NCBI GenBank assembly: GCA_964586065.1
Contig: CAZPFW010000001.1
Span: 28,086 to 92,085 of the forward strand
DNA: 64,000 bases
DNA from: an uncultured Candidatus Saccharibacteria bacterium
GTDB lineage: Bacteria > Patescibacteriota > Minisyncoccia > Minisyncoccales > CSSED10-335
Reading direction: 5' to 3'
Position numbers and translations under genes: made by a program. Below the pieces are notes generated by a model, which had not been told where the DNA came from, did not search any database, and saw nothing but the letters and a program-made list of their open reading frames with translations. This document shows, piece after piece, positions 55,181 through 64,000 of this stretch. Each line of letters begins with the position of its first letter. Positions within the stretch are counted from its first letter, which is position 1.

Positions 55181-56629
55181 ATGAAAATGATTAAACTTTA
55201 CAACACTTTAACCAGAAAGAAGGAAGTTTTCAAGCCGATAAAAGATAAAATCGTCGGTCTCTATGCTTGTGGACCAACGGTCTATTGGTACGTTCATATC
55301 GGAAACCTTCGCTCTTACATCTTTGAAGACGTATTGCGTCGCACGCTGGAGTATAACGGATACAGTGTGAATCATATCATCAATATAACAGATGTCGGAC
55401 ATCTCACTTCAGATGCCGATACGGGAGAAGACAAGATGGAAAAGGGGGCTAAAAGAGAGAAGAAGAGTGTTTGGGAGATAGCTGAATATTACACTGATGA
55501 ATTTAAAGAGGATATAAAGAAATTAAACATCAAAGAGCCCTCGTCATGGACCAAAGCCACCGATTTCATTAAAGAGCAGATTGAGTTGATAGAAGATCTG
55601 GAAAAAAACGGATTCACTTATCTGATATCGGACGGCCTCTATTTTGATACCGGTAAATTGGAGAATTACGGTCGCCTTTGGGGAAGTAAGAAGGTCTTGC
55701 TTAGGGCCGGAGCTAGAGTCGAAGTGGTAAGGGGTAAAAAGAATCCATCTGATTTTGCCCTTTGGAAACTAACTTCTGAAAAAGAAAAAAGGGAGATGGA
55801 GTGGGATTCTCCGTGGGGACGCGGTTTTCCCGGATGGCACACCGAATGTGTTGCCATGGCCAAGTCCAAACTTGGATTACCTTTTGACATTCATTGCGGA
55901 GGAATTGATCATATTCAAATTCATCATACAAACGAGATTGCTCAATCAGAGGCGGCTTATGGAATAGTTCCCGCCAGTTTTTGGATTCATGGTGAATTCC
56001 TCGATCTTAAAAGTGAAAAAATGTCAAAATCAAAAGGTAATGTTATAAGAATAAAGACTCTTGAAGAAAAAGGGATTGATCCCTTGGCTTACAGATATCT
56101 ATGTCTTAATGCTCATTACAGAACGAAGTTGACATTCTCGTGGAGTGCCCTTCAAGCGGCTCAAAACGGCTTGAATCATCTGCGATTATTGATATCAACT
56201 CTTAATAAAGGAGGTGGAGATGTTGACCTGACAAAAGAAAAAGAAGAATTCCTTAATATTATGAATAATGATCTTGATACCCCAAAGGCGATCGCTTTCC
56301 TTCAAAAGAAATTAAAGGGAACTGAATTAACAGAAGGGGAAAAAAGAGCCTTAGTAAAAGAAGTTGATCAAATATTTGCTCTTGATCTTGATAAGCTTAA
56401 AAGAGAGCCTATTACAACGGACGGTAAAAACTATCTTGTCAGTTCAAGAAAAGTAAACAAAGAAGAGAAAGAAGTCCTTGAAAGATTATTAAAAGAAAGA
56501 TACAAATATAAGAAAGAAAATGATTGGCAAAAAGCCGATCAAGTAAGAAAAGAGATAGAAAATTTGGGGTTCTCAATTAAAGACACTAAAGACGGATCAA
56601 TAATAACAGAGACAGATGAGCCAAGATAA
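55181..56629 (+). CDS. cysS: cysteinyl-tRNA synthetase
   Basis: Class I HIGH-variant (YVHIGN), zinc-binding cysteines and the KMSKS motif. Confidence 0.9.
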   Translation: MKMIKLYNTLTRKKEVFKPIKDKIVGLYACGPTVYWYVHIGNLRSYIFEDVLRRTLEYNGYSVNHIINITDVGHLTSDADTGEDKMEKGAKREKKSVWEIAEYYTDEFKEDIKKLNIKEPSSWTKATDFIKEQIELIEDLEKNGFTYLISDGLYFDTGKLENYGRLWGSKKVLLRAGARVEVVRGKKNPSDFALWKLTSEKEKREMEWDSPWGRGFPGWHTECVAMAKSKLGLPFDIHCGGIDHIQIHHTNEIAQSEAAYGIVPASFWIHGEFLDLKSEKMSKSKGNVIRIKTLEEKGIDPLAYRYLCLNAHYRTKLTFSWSALQAAQNGLNHLRLLISTLNKGGGDVDLTKEKEEFLNIMNNDLDTPKAIAFLQKKLKGTELTEGEKRALVKEVDQIFALDLDKLKREPITTDGKNYLVSSRKVNKEEKEVLERLLKERYKYKKENDWQKADQVRKEIENLGFSIKDTKDGSIITETDEPR

Positions 56630-58574
56630 AAAGTTAATCCATAAAGTTCCCCCACAAAGCTTGGAAGCCGAGGTATCGCTTCTCGGATCTTTAATGATTG
56701 ATAAAGACGCGATCATAAAGGTGGCTGATTTTCTACAACCCAGAGATTTCTATAAACCGTCTCATCAAGACATCTATCAAGTAATGTTGGATCTCTTCAA
56801 ACAAAGAGAACCAATTGACACTCTTTCAGTTTCAGCCGCCTTAAAAGAAAGAAATCTGTTCGACTCCATCGGCGGCACCGCTTGTCTCGCCGATATGGTG
56901 GCCTCCGTCCCAACTTCAAGTCATATTCTCAATTACGCCAAGATTGTGCAGAAAAAAAGGATCTTGAGGGATCTGATTGAGTCAAGCCGAGATATTGAAT
57001 TGATGGCTTACAAAGAAGTCGGAGAGATTGACAATCTGCTTGATAAAGCTGAGAAAAGAATCTTCTCTATCGCAGAACACTCTATGCAACAGAGGTTCTA
57101 TTCAATCAAAGACAATCTTGAAGAAACATTTGATCGAATAGATAAACTTTCCAAGTTTGAAGGATCTATTAGAGGAGTTCCTACAGGGTTTGCTGAATTG
57201 GACGACAGGCTTTCCGGTTTACAAAAATCAGATTTGATAATATTAGCCGCTCGTCCTTCTTTGGGTAAATCCTCTCTCGCCTTTAATATCGCTTTAAACG
57301 TTTCAATGAATCATAAGACACCTGTTGGAATATTCAGTCTTGAAATGTCAAAAGATCAGATCATTGATAGGTTCATTTCAACTTTAGCGGGAATAGATCT
57401 TTGGAAACTTAGAACCGGGCGTTTGTCTTCAAAGGGTGATAATAATGATTTTGAAAGAATCCAGCACGCTTTGGCGGCTCTCTCTGAGACTCAAATATAT
57501 GTTGACGACTCGGCTAGTTCAGACGCTTTAAAGATGAGAGCTATGGCCAGAAGGCTTCAAGCTGATAAAGGACTCGGTTTGATAATAGTTGATTACCTTC
57601 AATTAATAGATTCAGGAAGAAATTCAAATTACGACTCAATGGTTCAACAGATGAGCGCCATATCCCGATCTCTTAAAGGTTTAGCTAAAGAGCTTAACAT
57701 CCCGGTCTTGGCCATCTCTCAACTATCAAGAGCTGTTGAACAACGAACTCCGCAGATACCGCGACTTTCGGATCTGAGAGAATCGGGTTGCCTTTCGGGA
57801 GAATCATTAATTCGGTTGTCAAACGGTGAAAAACCTGTCGAAATAAAAAAACTAGTCGGCCAAGTTGACATACCTGTCTATAGTATGGATGAAAATTATA
57901 GGATCGTTAAGAGTAAGATGTCAAAAGTTTTCTCCACTGGCAAGAAGATGATCTACCAGGTCGTAACCGAAAGCGGTAAAGAGATTAAAGCTTCGGCCAA
58001 TCATCCTTTCTGGAGGGTGGACGGCTGGAGTCGTCTTGATGAATTGAATAAGGGAGATTACATCGCAACACCCATCAAAGAAAAGAGTTCTCTTGTCTGG
58101 CCCAGAGAAGCTTGGGATCATATCATCAATCCGTTATTAAACCATCATAACGTGGAGTTGAATTGTAAAAAAGATACCCCGATTAAGACTCTACAGATGA
58201 CTAAAATGGCACAAATTGTCAATTCACCCATAATATCGAATATGGTAAATGCTCAGATAAGATGGGATAAGATAGTGAGTATAAAAGAATTGAGAGTTGA
58301 AGAAGTATATGACGCTTCCGTTCCGATATTTCACAATTTCATCGCCAATGACATAATTGTAGAAAACAGTATAGAGCAAGATGCCGATGTTGTACTCTTT
58401 ATTCATCGTGAAGACAAATATCGCACGGACACTGAAAGAAAGAATGTAGCTGACATTATGATTGCGAAACACAGAAACGGTCCTGTCGGAAAAGTTGAGC
58501 TCTATTTTGATGAGCAGACCGCCACATTTAAAAGTCTTGATAAGATTTACAGCGACGAAACCAGTTTCTTATGA
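56616..58574 (+). CDS. dnaB: replicative DNA helicase DnaB containing a 193-aa mini-intein
   Basis: DnaB N-domain plus RecA-like domain (Walker A ARPSLGKSS; LIIVDYLQL). Extein RLSDLRESG / SIEQDADVVLFIHRED is interrupted by an intein bounded by CLSGESLI...IANDIIVEN. Confidence 0.9.
   Translation: MSQDKKLIHKVPPQSLEAEVSLLGSLMIDKDAIIKVADFLQPRDFYKPSHQDIYQVMLDLFKQREPIDTLSVSAALKERNLFDSIGGTACLADMVASVPTSSHILNYAKIVQKKRILRDLIESSRDIELMAYKEVGEIDNLLDKAEKRIFSIAEHSMQQRFYSIKDNLEETFDRIDKLSKFEGSIRGVPTGFAELDDRLSGLQKSDLIILAARPSLGKSSLAFNIALNVSMNHKTPVGIFSLEMSKDQIIDRFISTLAGIDLWKLRTGRLSSKGDNNDFERIQHALAALSETQIYVDDSASSDALKMRAMARRLQADKGLGLIIVDYLQLIDSGRNSNYDSMVQQMSAISRSLKGLAKELNIPVLAISQLSRAVEQRTPQIPRLSDLRESGCLSGESLIRLSNGEKPVEIKKLVGQVDIPVYSMDENYRIVKSKMSKVFSTGKKMIYQVVTESGKEIKASANHPFWRVDGWSRLDELNKGDYIATPIKEKSSLVWPREAWDHIINPLLNHHNVELNCKKDTPIKTLQMTKMAQIVNSPIISNMVNAQIRWDKIVSIKELRVEEVYDASVPIFHNFIANDIIVENSIEQDADVVLFIHREDKYRTDTERKNVADIMIAKHRNGPVGKVELYFDEQTATFKSLDKIYSDETSFL
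57789..58367 (+). mobile_element. DnaB mini-intein (no obvious homing-endonuclease domain)
   Basis: Block A CLSGESLIRL; block B ASANHPFW; block F/G VYDASVPIFHNFIANDIIVEN followed by a +1 Ser. The penultimate residue is Glu instead of the usual His. Confidence 0.8.
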
Positions 58575-59182
58575 ACCCGAAATCGATTCAAAGATTGATT
58601 AACTCTTTCTCAAAGCTTCCGTCAGTTGGGTCAAGAACCGCATCTCGTTTTGCATTTTATGCAATCAAAGCTCCAAAAAAAGAGATAAAAGAGATGATTG
58701 AGGCTTTAATTGAGGTGAAAGAAAATGTTAAGCTTTGTTCTATCTGTTTTAATCCGTTTGAAGGAGAATCCGATCTTTGTGAAATCTGTTCTGATCCGAG
58801 AAGAAGAAAAGACACTCTTTGCATAATAGAAAAAGAAAGCGATTTAATCGCTATTGAACAGATTAAGAGTTATCAAGGAATCTTTTTTATCTTGGGAGGG
58901 ACATTATCTCCCACAAGAAAAGAAGGGATTCAAAAAATCAGAATTAAGGAATTGATTGAACGAATAGGAAACCCAACTAAGTTTGGGCTGAATAAATTGA
59001 AAGAAATTATTATCGCAACCAATTTTACATCTGAAGGAGAAACGACTGCACTCTATCTTGAAAGAACTCTCAAAGACAGTGGAATAAAGATTACGCGATT
59101 GGCTCGCGGATTACCGAAAGGCGGAGAGTTGGAATATATTGACGAAGAGACCATCTTGTCTGCTATAAACCAAAGAAGATAA
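58571..59182 (+). CDS. recR: recombination protein RecR
   Basis: HhH (KLPSVGSRTASRFAF), C4 zinc finger (CSICFNPFEGESDLCEIC) and a Toprim domain. Confidence 0.9.
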   Translation: MNPKSIQRLINSFSKLPSVGSRTASRFAFYAIKAPKKEIKEMIEALIEVKENVKLCSICFNPFEGESDLCEICSDPRRRKDTLCIIEKESDLIAIEQIKSYQGIFFILGGTLSPTRKEGIQKIRIKELIERIGNPTKFGLNKLKEIIIATNFTSEGETTALYLERTLKDSGIKITRLARGLPKGGELEYIDEETILSAINQRR

Positions 59183-59207
59183 AACCCCTTTTGAAGGGGT
59201 TTTTTTA
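59181..59207. terminator. bidirectional rho-independent terminator between convergent recR and rplU
   Basis: AAAACCCCTT-ttga-AAGGGGTTTTTTT is a stem flanked by an A-run and a T-run. Confidence 0.65.
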
Positions 59208-59516
59208 GGCTTCTATCTTTGTTACCTCAACTTCAGTGTATTGCTGTCGATGGCCTTTTTTGATTCGTTGTCTCTTTTTGGGTTTGTACTTAAAAACTAT
59301 GATCTTATCACCTTTAAAGTGAGACAATATTTTTGCTCTTACTTTGGCCCTGTCTATCAAAGGAGTTCCCACTCTAACATCTTTGTCTTGAGCAACCAAA
59401 AGCACCTGATCAAAAACGGTTTCTTTCCCTTCTTCGCCTTTAATCTTCTCTATCTTTATCTTTTTACCGGGCTCAACTAAATATTGTTTCCCGCCTGTTT
59501 TGATTATAGCTATCAT
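59205..59516 (-). CDS. rplU: 50S ribosomal protein L21
   Basis: MIAIIKTGGKQYLVEPG...FKYKPKKRQRIKKGHRQ. Confidence 0.9.
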   Translation of the reverse strand: MIAIIKTGGKQYLVEPGKKIKIEKIKGEEGKETVFDQVLLVAQDKDVRVGTPLIDRAKVRAKILSHFKGDKIIVFKYKPKKRQRIKKGHRQQYTEVEVTKIEA

Positions 59517-59562
59517 ATTAAATTCATTCGTTAATGGACCGATATTAACTCAAAAAGAAGAA

Positions 59563-60618
59563 TTAGTCAATTTCATCACGATTTTTCGGTGAAGAGATTT
59601 TTTCAACACCAGGATCAATTGATTTTCCGGAGATGTTGTAAAGATCTTTGTCTATTCTATGAAATTGTCCAACTGCGCGATTATAATGATTCACCGCCGC
59701 TCCCATCGATTTGCCCAAAGAATCCATTGATTTTTGATAAGTTGACAGATGCTTGGATAGCTCGTCTACTCTCTTTAATATCAATTGAGCCGATTCCTCT
59801 ATCTTCATCGCTTTTAGTCCCTGTAAAACTGTTTGCAAATAAGCCAGAAACGATGTTGGAGATACGATAATCACTTTATACTTTCTTACCGCCAATTGTA
59901 AGAGATTTTCAGTGTCTTGAGTTATTGGCCCAATCTTGTTAACCAAGAGATCATAATAGATTGCCTCGTGAGGTATGAACATGAAGGCGAAATCTGTAGT
60001 TCCCTCTTTAGGTTGTATATATTTCGCAGTTTCAATAATTCTATTCTTAAGATCGGAGATAAAAGCTTTTTCCAATCTTTCTTTTTCATAATCATCTTTG
60101 GCTTCGCTTATTCGATTGTAATTTTCAAGTGAAAATTTTGAATCAATCGGGATAATCAATTGATCTTTCAAAAATATCACAGCATCAACCACGGTGCCAT
60201 CTGAAAATGAATATTGAGTTTGATAAATTCCCGAAGGTAAAACATTTTGTAAAAGAGTTTCGAGATAGAATTCTCCGATCATTCCTCTTTGCTTCGGGTT
60301 CTTTAACATCTCTTGAAGATTTCTTAACTGATCGGTGACGTTTAAAACTTGTTTTTGACTCTCACCCAATTTAACTAGTTCCTCAGTTACCCCTTTTATA
60401 AGCTGAGAACTCTCTCTTGATTGTTTTTGGACACCTTCAACAGCCCTCCATAAACCGTCTCCAACATCTTTTCTCATCGCCTCAATGTCTTGTTTTAGGT
60501 AATTGATTGAATCATAACTTGATCCTCGTCGAAGCTCTCTTTTAATAAAGAAAATAACTCCTATTGCAAAGAGAAACATCAAGATCGCTATGATTATAAT
60601 AAAAGTAAATTCGTTCAT
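59563..60618 (-). CDS. rmuC: DNA recombination protein RmuC
   Basis: N-terminal TM helix, coiled coil, and a C-terminal RmuC nuclease-like domain (YQTQYSF.DGTVVDAVIFL...IPIDSKF). Confidence 0.75.
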   Translation of the reverse strand: MNEFTFIIIIAILMFLFAIGVIFFIKRELRRGSSYDSINYLKQDIEAMRKDVGDGLWRAVEGVQKQSRESSQLIKGVTEELVKLGESQKQVLNVTDQLRNLQEMLKNPKQRGMIGEFYLETLLQNVLPSGIYQTQYSFSDGTVVDAVIFLKDQLIIPIDSKFSLENYNRISEAKDDYEKERLEKAFISDLKNRIIETAKYIQPKEGTTDFAFMFIPHEAIYYDLLVNKIGPITQDTENLLQLAVRKYKVIIVSPTSFLAYLQTVLQGLKAMKIEESAQLILKRVDELSKHLSTYQKSMDSLGKSMGAAVNHYNRAVGQFHRIDKDLYNISGKSIDPGVEKISSPKNRDEID

Positions 60619-61589
60619 TAACTTATCAGTATCTCTATTATAACAAAAGAGGTGTAAAGAGAAAGAAGAATTATTCCTTCTTTAGCCGTTATCCTCTTAC
60701 CGCTTCTGACAAATAGCAGAAAAAGAAGACCGCATATGATCAAGAAGAAACGGGCAATGCAAAACGACGTCTTGTCGCCCATACCTATCGTTATGGGACA
60801 AATCAGAGCCACCGTACCTAAAACAAGGGTTGAAGACATCGCCACCGCTCCCATCAATACGCCCAATATCATCCATGATTGCCCTTTGCGTGCCAAAGAT
60901 ATTGAGAAGTAGGTTTCTGGAATTCCCACACCAACAGCAACAATCAAGATTCCGATAAGCGGTATCGACATCTCCATCGCTTCCGAAAAGAATTTGGACG
61001 ATTCCACTATTCCTTGAGCACTTAAAACAACGATTAAAAAACCTCCAAAAATAATTCCAACACTTTTTAGGAAAGAGATAACCCCTTTCTTGTTATTCTG
61101 ATTACTTTCAGTCTCTTCATAAATCTTAGTGAACCTCTCTTTTTTTGAAAAAAGCCAATATATGAAGAAGAAGAAGAAAATTAAGAGAATGAGTCCGTCT
61201 TGACGAGAAAGATCTCCATCAAAAATCAGGATCAACGGTAAAATGGCAGCCATAACGGCAAAAGTTGATCCAGCTTTCACAGTCTTACTGTCAACTTTAA
61301 TTCCATTCCTCAATATTAAAGCGCAAAGACCAACCGTAAAAGAGAAAAGGAGAACGTTTTGTCCCAATATGTTGCCAAAAGATAATTCCGGAACTCTATT
61401 TATCGCAGATATGATCCCTATGAAAAATTCTGGAGCAATGGCTCCGATTGAAGCAGTGAAAGCAACAACAAACTCTTTCCAACCCAAATACTTTGCCACC
61501 CTGCTCAAAGAATCAATCAACCATTTAGTCGATGAAACCAAAAAAAAGCAAGAAACCAAAAAAATTACTATGTAAAGTATCATTTGCAT
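60618..61589 (-). CDS. Ca2+/Na+ antiporter, CaCA (YrbG-like) family
   Basis: Two alpha-repeat regions (GNILGQNVLLFSFTVG and GVGIPETYFSISLARKG); about 10 TM helices. Confidence 0.7.
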   Translation of the reverse strand: MQMILYIVIFLVSCFFLVSSTKWLIDSLSRVAKYLGWKEFVVAFTASIGAIAPEFFIGIISAINRVPELSFGNILGQNVLLFSFTVGLCALILRNGIKVDSKTVKAGSTFAVMAAILPLILIFDGDLSRQDGLILLIFFFFFIYWLFSKKERFTKIYEETESNQNNKKGVISFLKSVGIIFGGFLIVVLSAQGIVESSKFFSEAMEMSIPLIGILIVAVGVGIPETYFSISLARKGQSWMILGVLMGAVAMSSTLVLGTVALICPITIGMGDKTSFCIARFFLIICGLLFLLFVRSGKRITAKEGIILLSLYTSFVIIEILIS

Positions 61590-62692
61590 AAGAAGAAGCT
61601 TATTATTTCTGAAAAGACTCCGAGAATTAATATCAGAATAACGGGATAAACTATGAACCTAACCGAAAGAGAAGACAATTTTTTGTATATCAACGAAACG
61701 ATTATTCCGTCTATGGCTAGCATTATTCCTCCTACAAAACCTATGACTTGAATGAAATCCTTAATACCTAAAAAGTAGAGTGAAATTGGAACAAAAGATG
61801 CTATCGCCCATGATAATTTTTCATTGATTTTCAAATCATGCCAAAGCATTTTTTTAAGAGTGAGTCCTAAAGCAATAAAAGAAGTGAAAGTGGTGATGAT
61901 CGCCATTGATAATATCAGATATGTTAGATTTGCTCCCAAAGATTTGTTCAGAAAGGAAAGTGCATCGGGAGGAGTCTCATTTCCGCTCAATCCAAGTATT
62001 AATACGATAAAGAGGAGATAGACTATCATCGGTAAGATAACCGCAAAAGGGATTATCTTTTTCAGGTAGTTAGACTTTTCTTTAAGAACTTCTTCAGCTT
62101 CCGGAACCAAACTTACACCCCAAAGAGAAAAGAGAACAACCCCGAAAGGAAGTAGAAAAAATGAAGGATTGGATTCGAAGATCAATTGAGAGAAGTCAAT
62201 TTGACTGCCACCTTTTACAAAAAGAGCGACTAACGATACGAAGAGAAGAATTAATCCTCCCAATTGAACTTTATCAATCGCTTTTATTCCAAAAAAGATT
62301 AAAATCGCTCCTATCGCAAAGTATATTATGGTATAGAAAGTTTCCCCCACCCCAAAAAAAGGGGCAAATATCGCTTGGAGAAACTTTCCTCCGAGGATAA
62401 GATAAGCCAAGTTTGAGCCTAAAACGCTCAATACTCCCGATATCAGCGCTATCTTGTAAGCCTTTTTACCCAAATGATATTTGGCAAAACCGGGCAACCT
62501 AATGTAATTAGGTGTTTTAAGCGCAGCATCGGCGAAAAAATAATGGACCAAGATTGATACTAACCCCAAAACAACAAAATAGATCGCCATCACGAATGGG
62601 TTGGTCTTTAATGTAAGATAGGGCAGAGCGAAGAAGCCTGCCCCAATTATAGTCCCTGATATAATTGAAAAAGCGTATGCGATTCGTATCAT
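61580..62692 (-). CDS. amino acid permease (APC superfamily; Trp/Tyr/Ser-type transporter-like)
   Basis: 11-12 TM helices and an N-terminal GTIIGAGFFALP motif. Confidence 0.55.
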   Translation of the reverse strand: MIRIAYAFSIISGTIIGAGFFALPYLTLKTNPFVMAIYFVVLGLVSILVHYFFADAALKTPNYIRLPGFAKYHLGKKAYKIALISGVLSVLGSNLAYLILGGKFLQAIFAPFFGVGETFYTIIYFAIGAILIFFGIKAIDKVQLGGLILLFVSLVALFVKGGSQIDFSQLIFESNPSFFLLPFGVVLFSLWGVSLVPEAEEVLKEKSNYLKKIIPFAVILPMIVYLLFIVLILGLSGNETPPDALSFLNKSLGANLTYLILSMAIITTFTSFIALGLTLKKMLWHDLKINEKLSWAIASFVPISLYFLGIKDFIQVIGFVGGIMLAIDGIIVSLIYKKLSSLSVRFIVYPVILILILGVFSEIISFFLCK

Positions 62693-62696
62693 ATTT

Positions 62697-62772
62697 TGGC
62701 GGCCCCAAGGGGAGTCGAACCCCTGTTACCGGGCTGAGAACCCGGCGTCCTAGGCCACTAGACGATGGGGCC
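62697..62772 (-). tRNA. tRNA-Glu (anticodon CTC), CCA encoded
   Basis: Minus strand reads GGCCCCATCGTCTAGTGGCCTAGGACGCCGGGTTCTCAGCCCGGTAACAGGGGTTCGACTCCCCTTGGGGCCGCCA. This is a classic tRNA-Glu shape, with anticodon loop TTCTCAG. Confidence 0.75.
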
Positions 62773-62799
62773 AAAAAGAAAGGGGGTGGTTAATTTTTT

Positions 62800-63171
62800 T
62801 TAGGCAACAAACTCTACCTCCTTCAACACCTTTTCAAAATCTTGACGCTCTCTTATCCTTAAAAGGATAACTCGAGCAATTTCAAACTCTCTGGGCAATT
62901 GAATTCTGTGATGATCTTCTCTCTTTTGGTCAATTTTATCGATAATTTTATCAAGTTCTTCTATGTGTAGTTTACTTTCATTGATAAATCCATAGATGGA
63001 CATTCTAAAAAAGCAGAGATTTTTAATATATTTCGATAAAAGGTCGGATTTCCTGCTCAATAATTCTTTTATCACCGCAAAATCTTCTTCACGAATCGGT
63101 TCAACAGTTGATTTTAGATGATTAAGAGAAGAAGCAGGTCTTCTGAAACTTCTTCTTTTCAATAGAACCAC
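62800..63171 (-). CDS. hypothetical protein (123 aa)
   Basis: ORF with coding-like composition and no recognised domain. Confidence 0.3.
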   Translation of the reverse strand: MVLLKRRSFRRPASSLNHLKSTVEPIREEDFAVIKELLSRKSDLLSKYIKNLCFFRMSIYGFINESKLHIEELDKIIDKIDQKREDHHRIQLPREFEIARVILLRIRERQDFEKVLKEVEFVA

Positions 63172-63222
63172 TTCCTTTCCTTACACCACCCCCACTGCAA
63201 AATAAAAGTACTGATGATGATT

Positions 63223-63825
63223 TTAGCAAAGATTCTTCTTTTTGTAAATTGAGTTTAATCTTTGAGAAATCCAAACTAAATTTAACCCGATTGTGACTCC
63301 GGTCCTTATAACCAACATCAGATCAATAATCTCATCTCTATCAAGCTCTTTGTTGATCCAAAAAGGTATCGTATCTCCTCCATGATTAATTTTAAAATTA
63401 GTCTCTTTATCTACATTCAGATCACTGACCCAAAGATCAAAACGATCATCAAATCCGGTACTCAGTAAGGAATTTGAAAAATCGTTTCGTCTTAAAAATT
63501 TAGTAGCTCCTTCATCCGTAATGACAAAACTTTTGACAAACTTGAAAGCCAACTCAAGATCTATATTTTCTCCTTTCAATATTAAGACGGGTAATGAGGA
63601 ATTATTAATCAAGAAAGGGAGATTTGATAGATAATCATCGTCTTGAGATTTTATTAAAAAGATTCTGTCTTTTGTAAAAGAAAAAGAGTCCCTTTTTTTA
63701 AATCGAAAATCGGAATCCTTTAAAAGATTAAATATAAGATCAATTATTCCACTGTCCGACTCCGCTATAATCGTTATTAAGATCGGTTTCTTGAAAAAGT
63801 ATGCTATTTTGTATAAAAAGTTCAT
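63223..63825 (-). CDS. hypothetical protein (200 aa), immediately downstream of the PBP gene (ATGA overlap)
   Basis: ORF only. The start overlaps the stop of the upstream partial PBP gene. It is not convincingly Mur-ligase-like. Confidence 0.35.
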   Translation of the reverse strand: MNFLYKIAYFFKKPILITIIAESDSGIIDLIFNLLKDSDFRFKKRDSFSFTKDRIFLIKSQDDDYLSNLPFLINNSSLPVLILKGENIDLELAFKFVKSFVITDEGATKFLRRNDFSNSLLSTGFDDRFDLWVSDLNVDKETNFKINHGGDTIPFWINKELDRDEIIDLMLVIRTGVTIGLNLVWISQRLNSIYKKKNLC

Positions 63826-64000
63826 TCTTCCGTCCTCTCCGGAGGTATTTGATAATAATCTACTATATACTTTGCAAGCTCTCCAAATATGGGAGCTGCG
63901 GAATATTCAGAAGTCTGTGCTCTTGGATTGTCAAGTTTAACCAATATTATGAAAGAAGGATCAAATGCCGGGGCATAACCTATAAAACTTTGAATTGTTT
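63826..64000 (-). CDS. penicillin-binding protein transpeptidase (FtsI/PBP2-like), C-terminal end only; the start lies beyond the window edge
   Basis: Minus-strand translation ...IQSFIGYAPAFDPSFIILVKLDNPRAQTSEYSAAPIFGELAKYIVDYYQIPPERTEE* is the conserved PBP C-terminal block. The stop is TGA. Confidence 0.6.

Noticed and set aside
62517-62774. 85-aa ORF on the minus strand
   Set aside because: It overlaps tRNA-Glu entirely and is a spurious ORF across an RNA gene.
63223-63825. MurE/MurF ligase downstream of ftsI, as in dcw clusters
   Set aside because: At 200 aa it has no Mur ligase ATP-binding (GxxGKT) motif, so it was left as hypothetical.
1-64000. CRISPR arrays, rRNA, transposases and integrases
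   Set aside because: No spaced direct repeats, rRNA-like segments or transposase or integrase ORFs were seen on reading both strands. The accessory regions are not flanked by recognisable IS elements.
1-64000. Alternative genetic code (UGA recoding, as in Gracilibacteria/Absconditabacteria)
   Set aside because: TGA is used as a stop codon (for example the PBP gene at 63826, and the small ORF at 45798). All proteins are full-length under code 11.

Overview
This 64-kb window is AT-rich, densely packed and mostly housekeeping, and looks like a small-genome bacterium, probably from the Patescibacteria/CPR. Supporting signs are shortened domain architectures (ThrRS without the TGS domain, UvrA 823 aa, UvrC 393 aa, DnaX 375 aa, Obg 327 aa), frequent 4-nt gene overlaps and few Shine-Dalgarno sequences. 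TGA is read as a stop, so this is genetic code 11. The recognisable genes are thrS behind a T-box leader, tig, murC, fmt, efp, truB, relA/spoT, greA, obg, xseAB, a contiguous uvrB-uvrA-uvrC operon, dnaX, pcrA, engB, cysS, an intein-containing dnaB, recR, rplU, rmuC, two tRNAs (Gln-TTG and Glu-CTC), and a YknXYZ/MacAB-like exporter operon. Three regions look accessory. The first is a very AT-rich islet of about 1.9 kb at the 3' end of tRNA-Gln, carrying a frameshifted membrane-anchored Mrr-like endonuclease and two orphan ORFs. The second, at 37.0-41.6 kb, holds a frameshifted pilin-LamG gene, a 306-aa unknown protein, a minimal zf-HC2 (anti-sigma-like) peptide gene missed by the 60-aa ORF cutoff, a cupin, a radical SAM/SPASM enzyme, and AlkD-like plus Ogt repair genes. 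The third, at 41.7-44.3 kb, has two paralogous ~72-aa HTH-like proteins with duplicated strong promoter and SD cassettes. Other notable points are a Cas4-like nuclease fused to a sigma-70 region-4-like tail, a UvrD-Cas4 fusion, a stand-alone PolX N-terminal domain protein, a DnaB mini-intein ending in Glu-Asn, and three adjacent-ORF frame breaks that all sit in poly-A runs. No CRISPR array, rRNA, transposase or integrase was seen.
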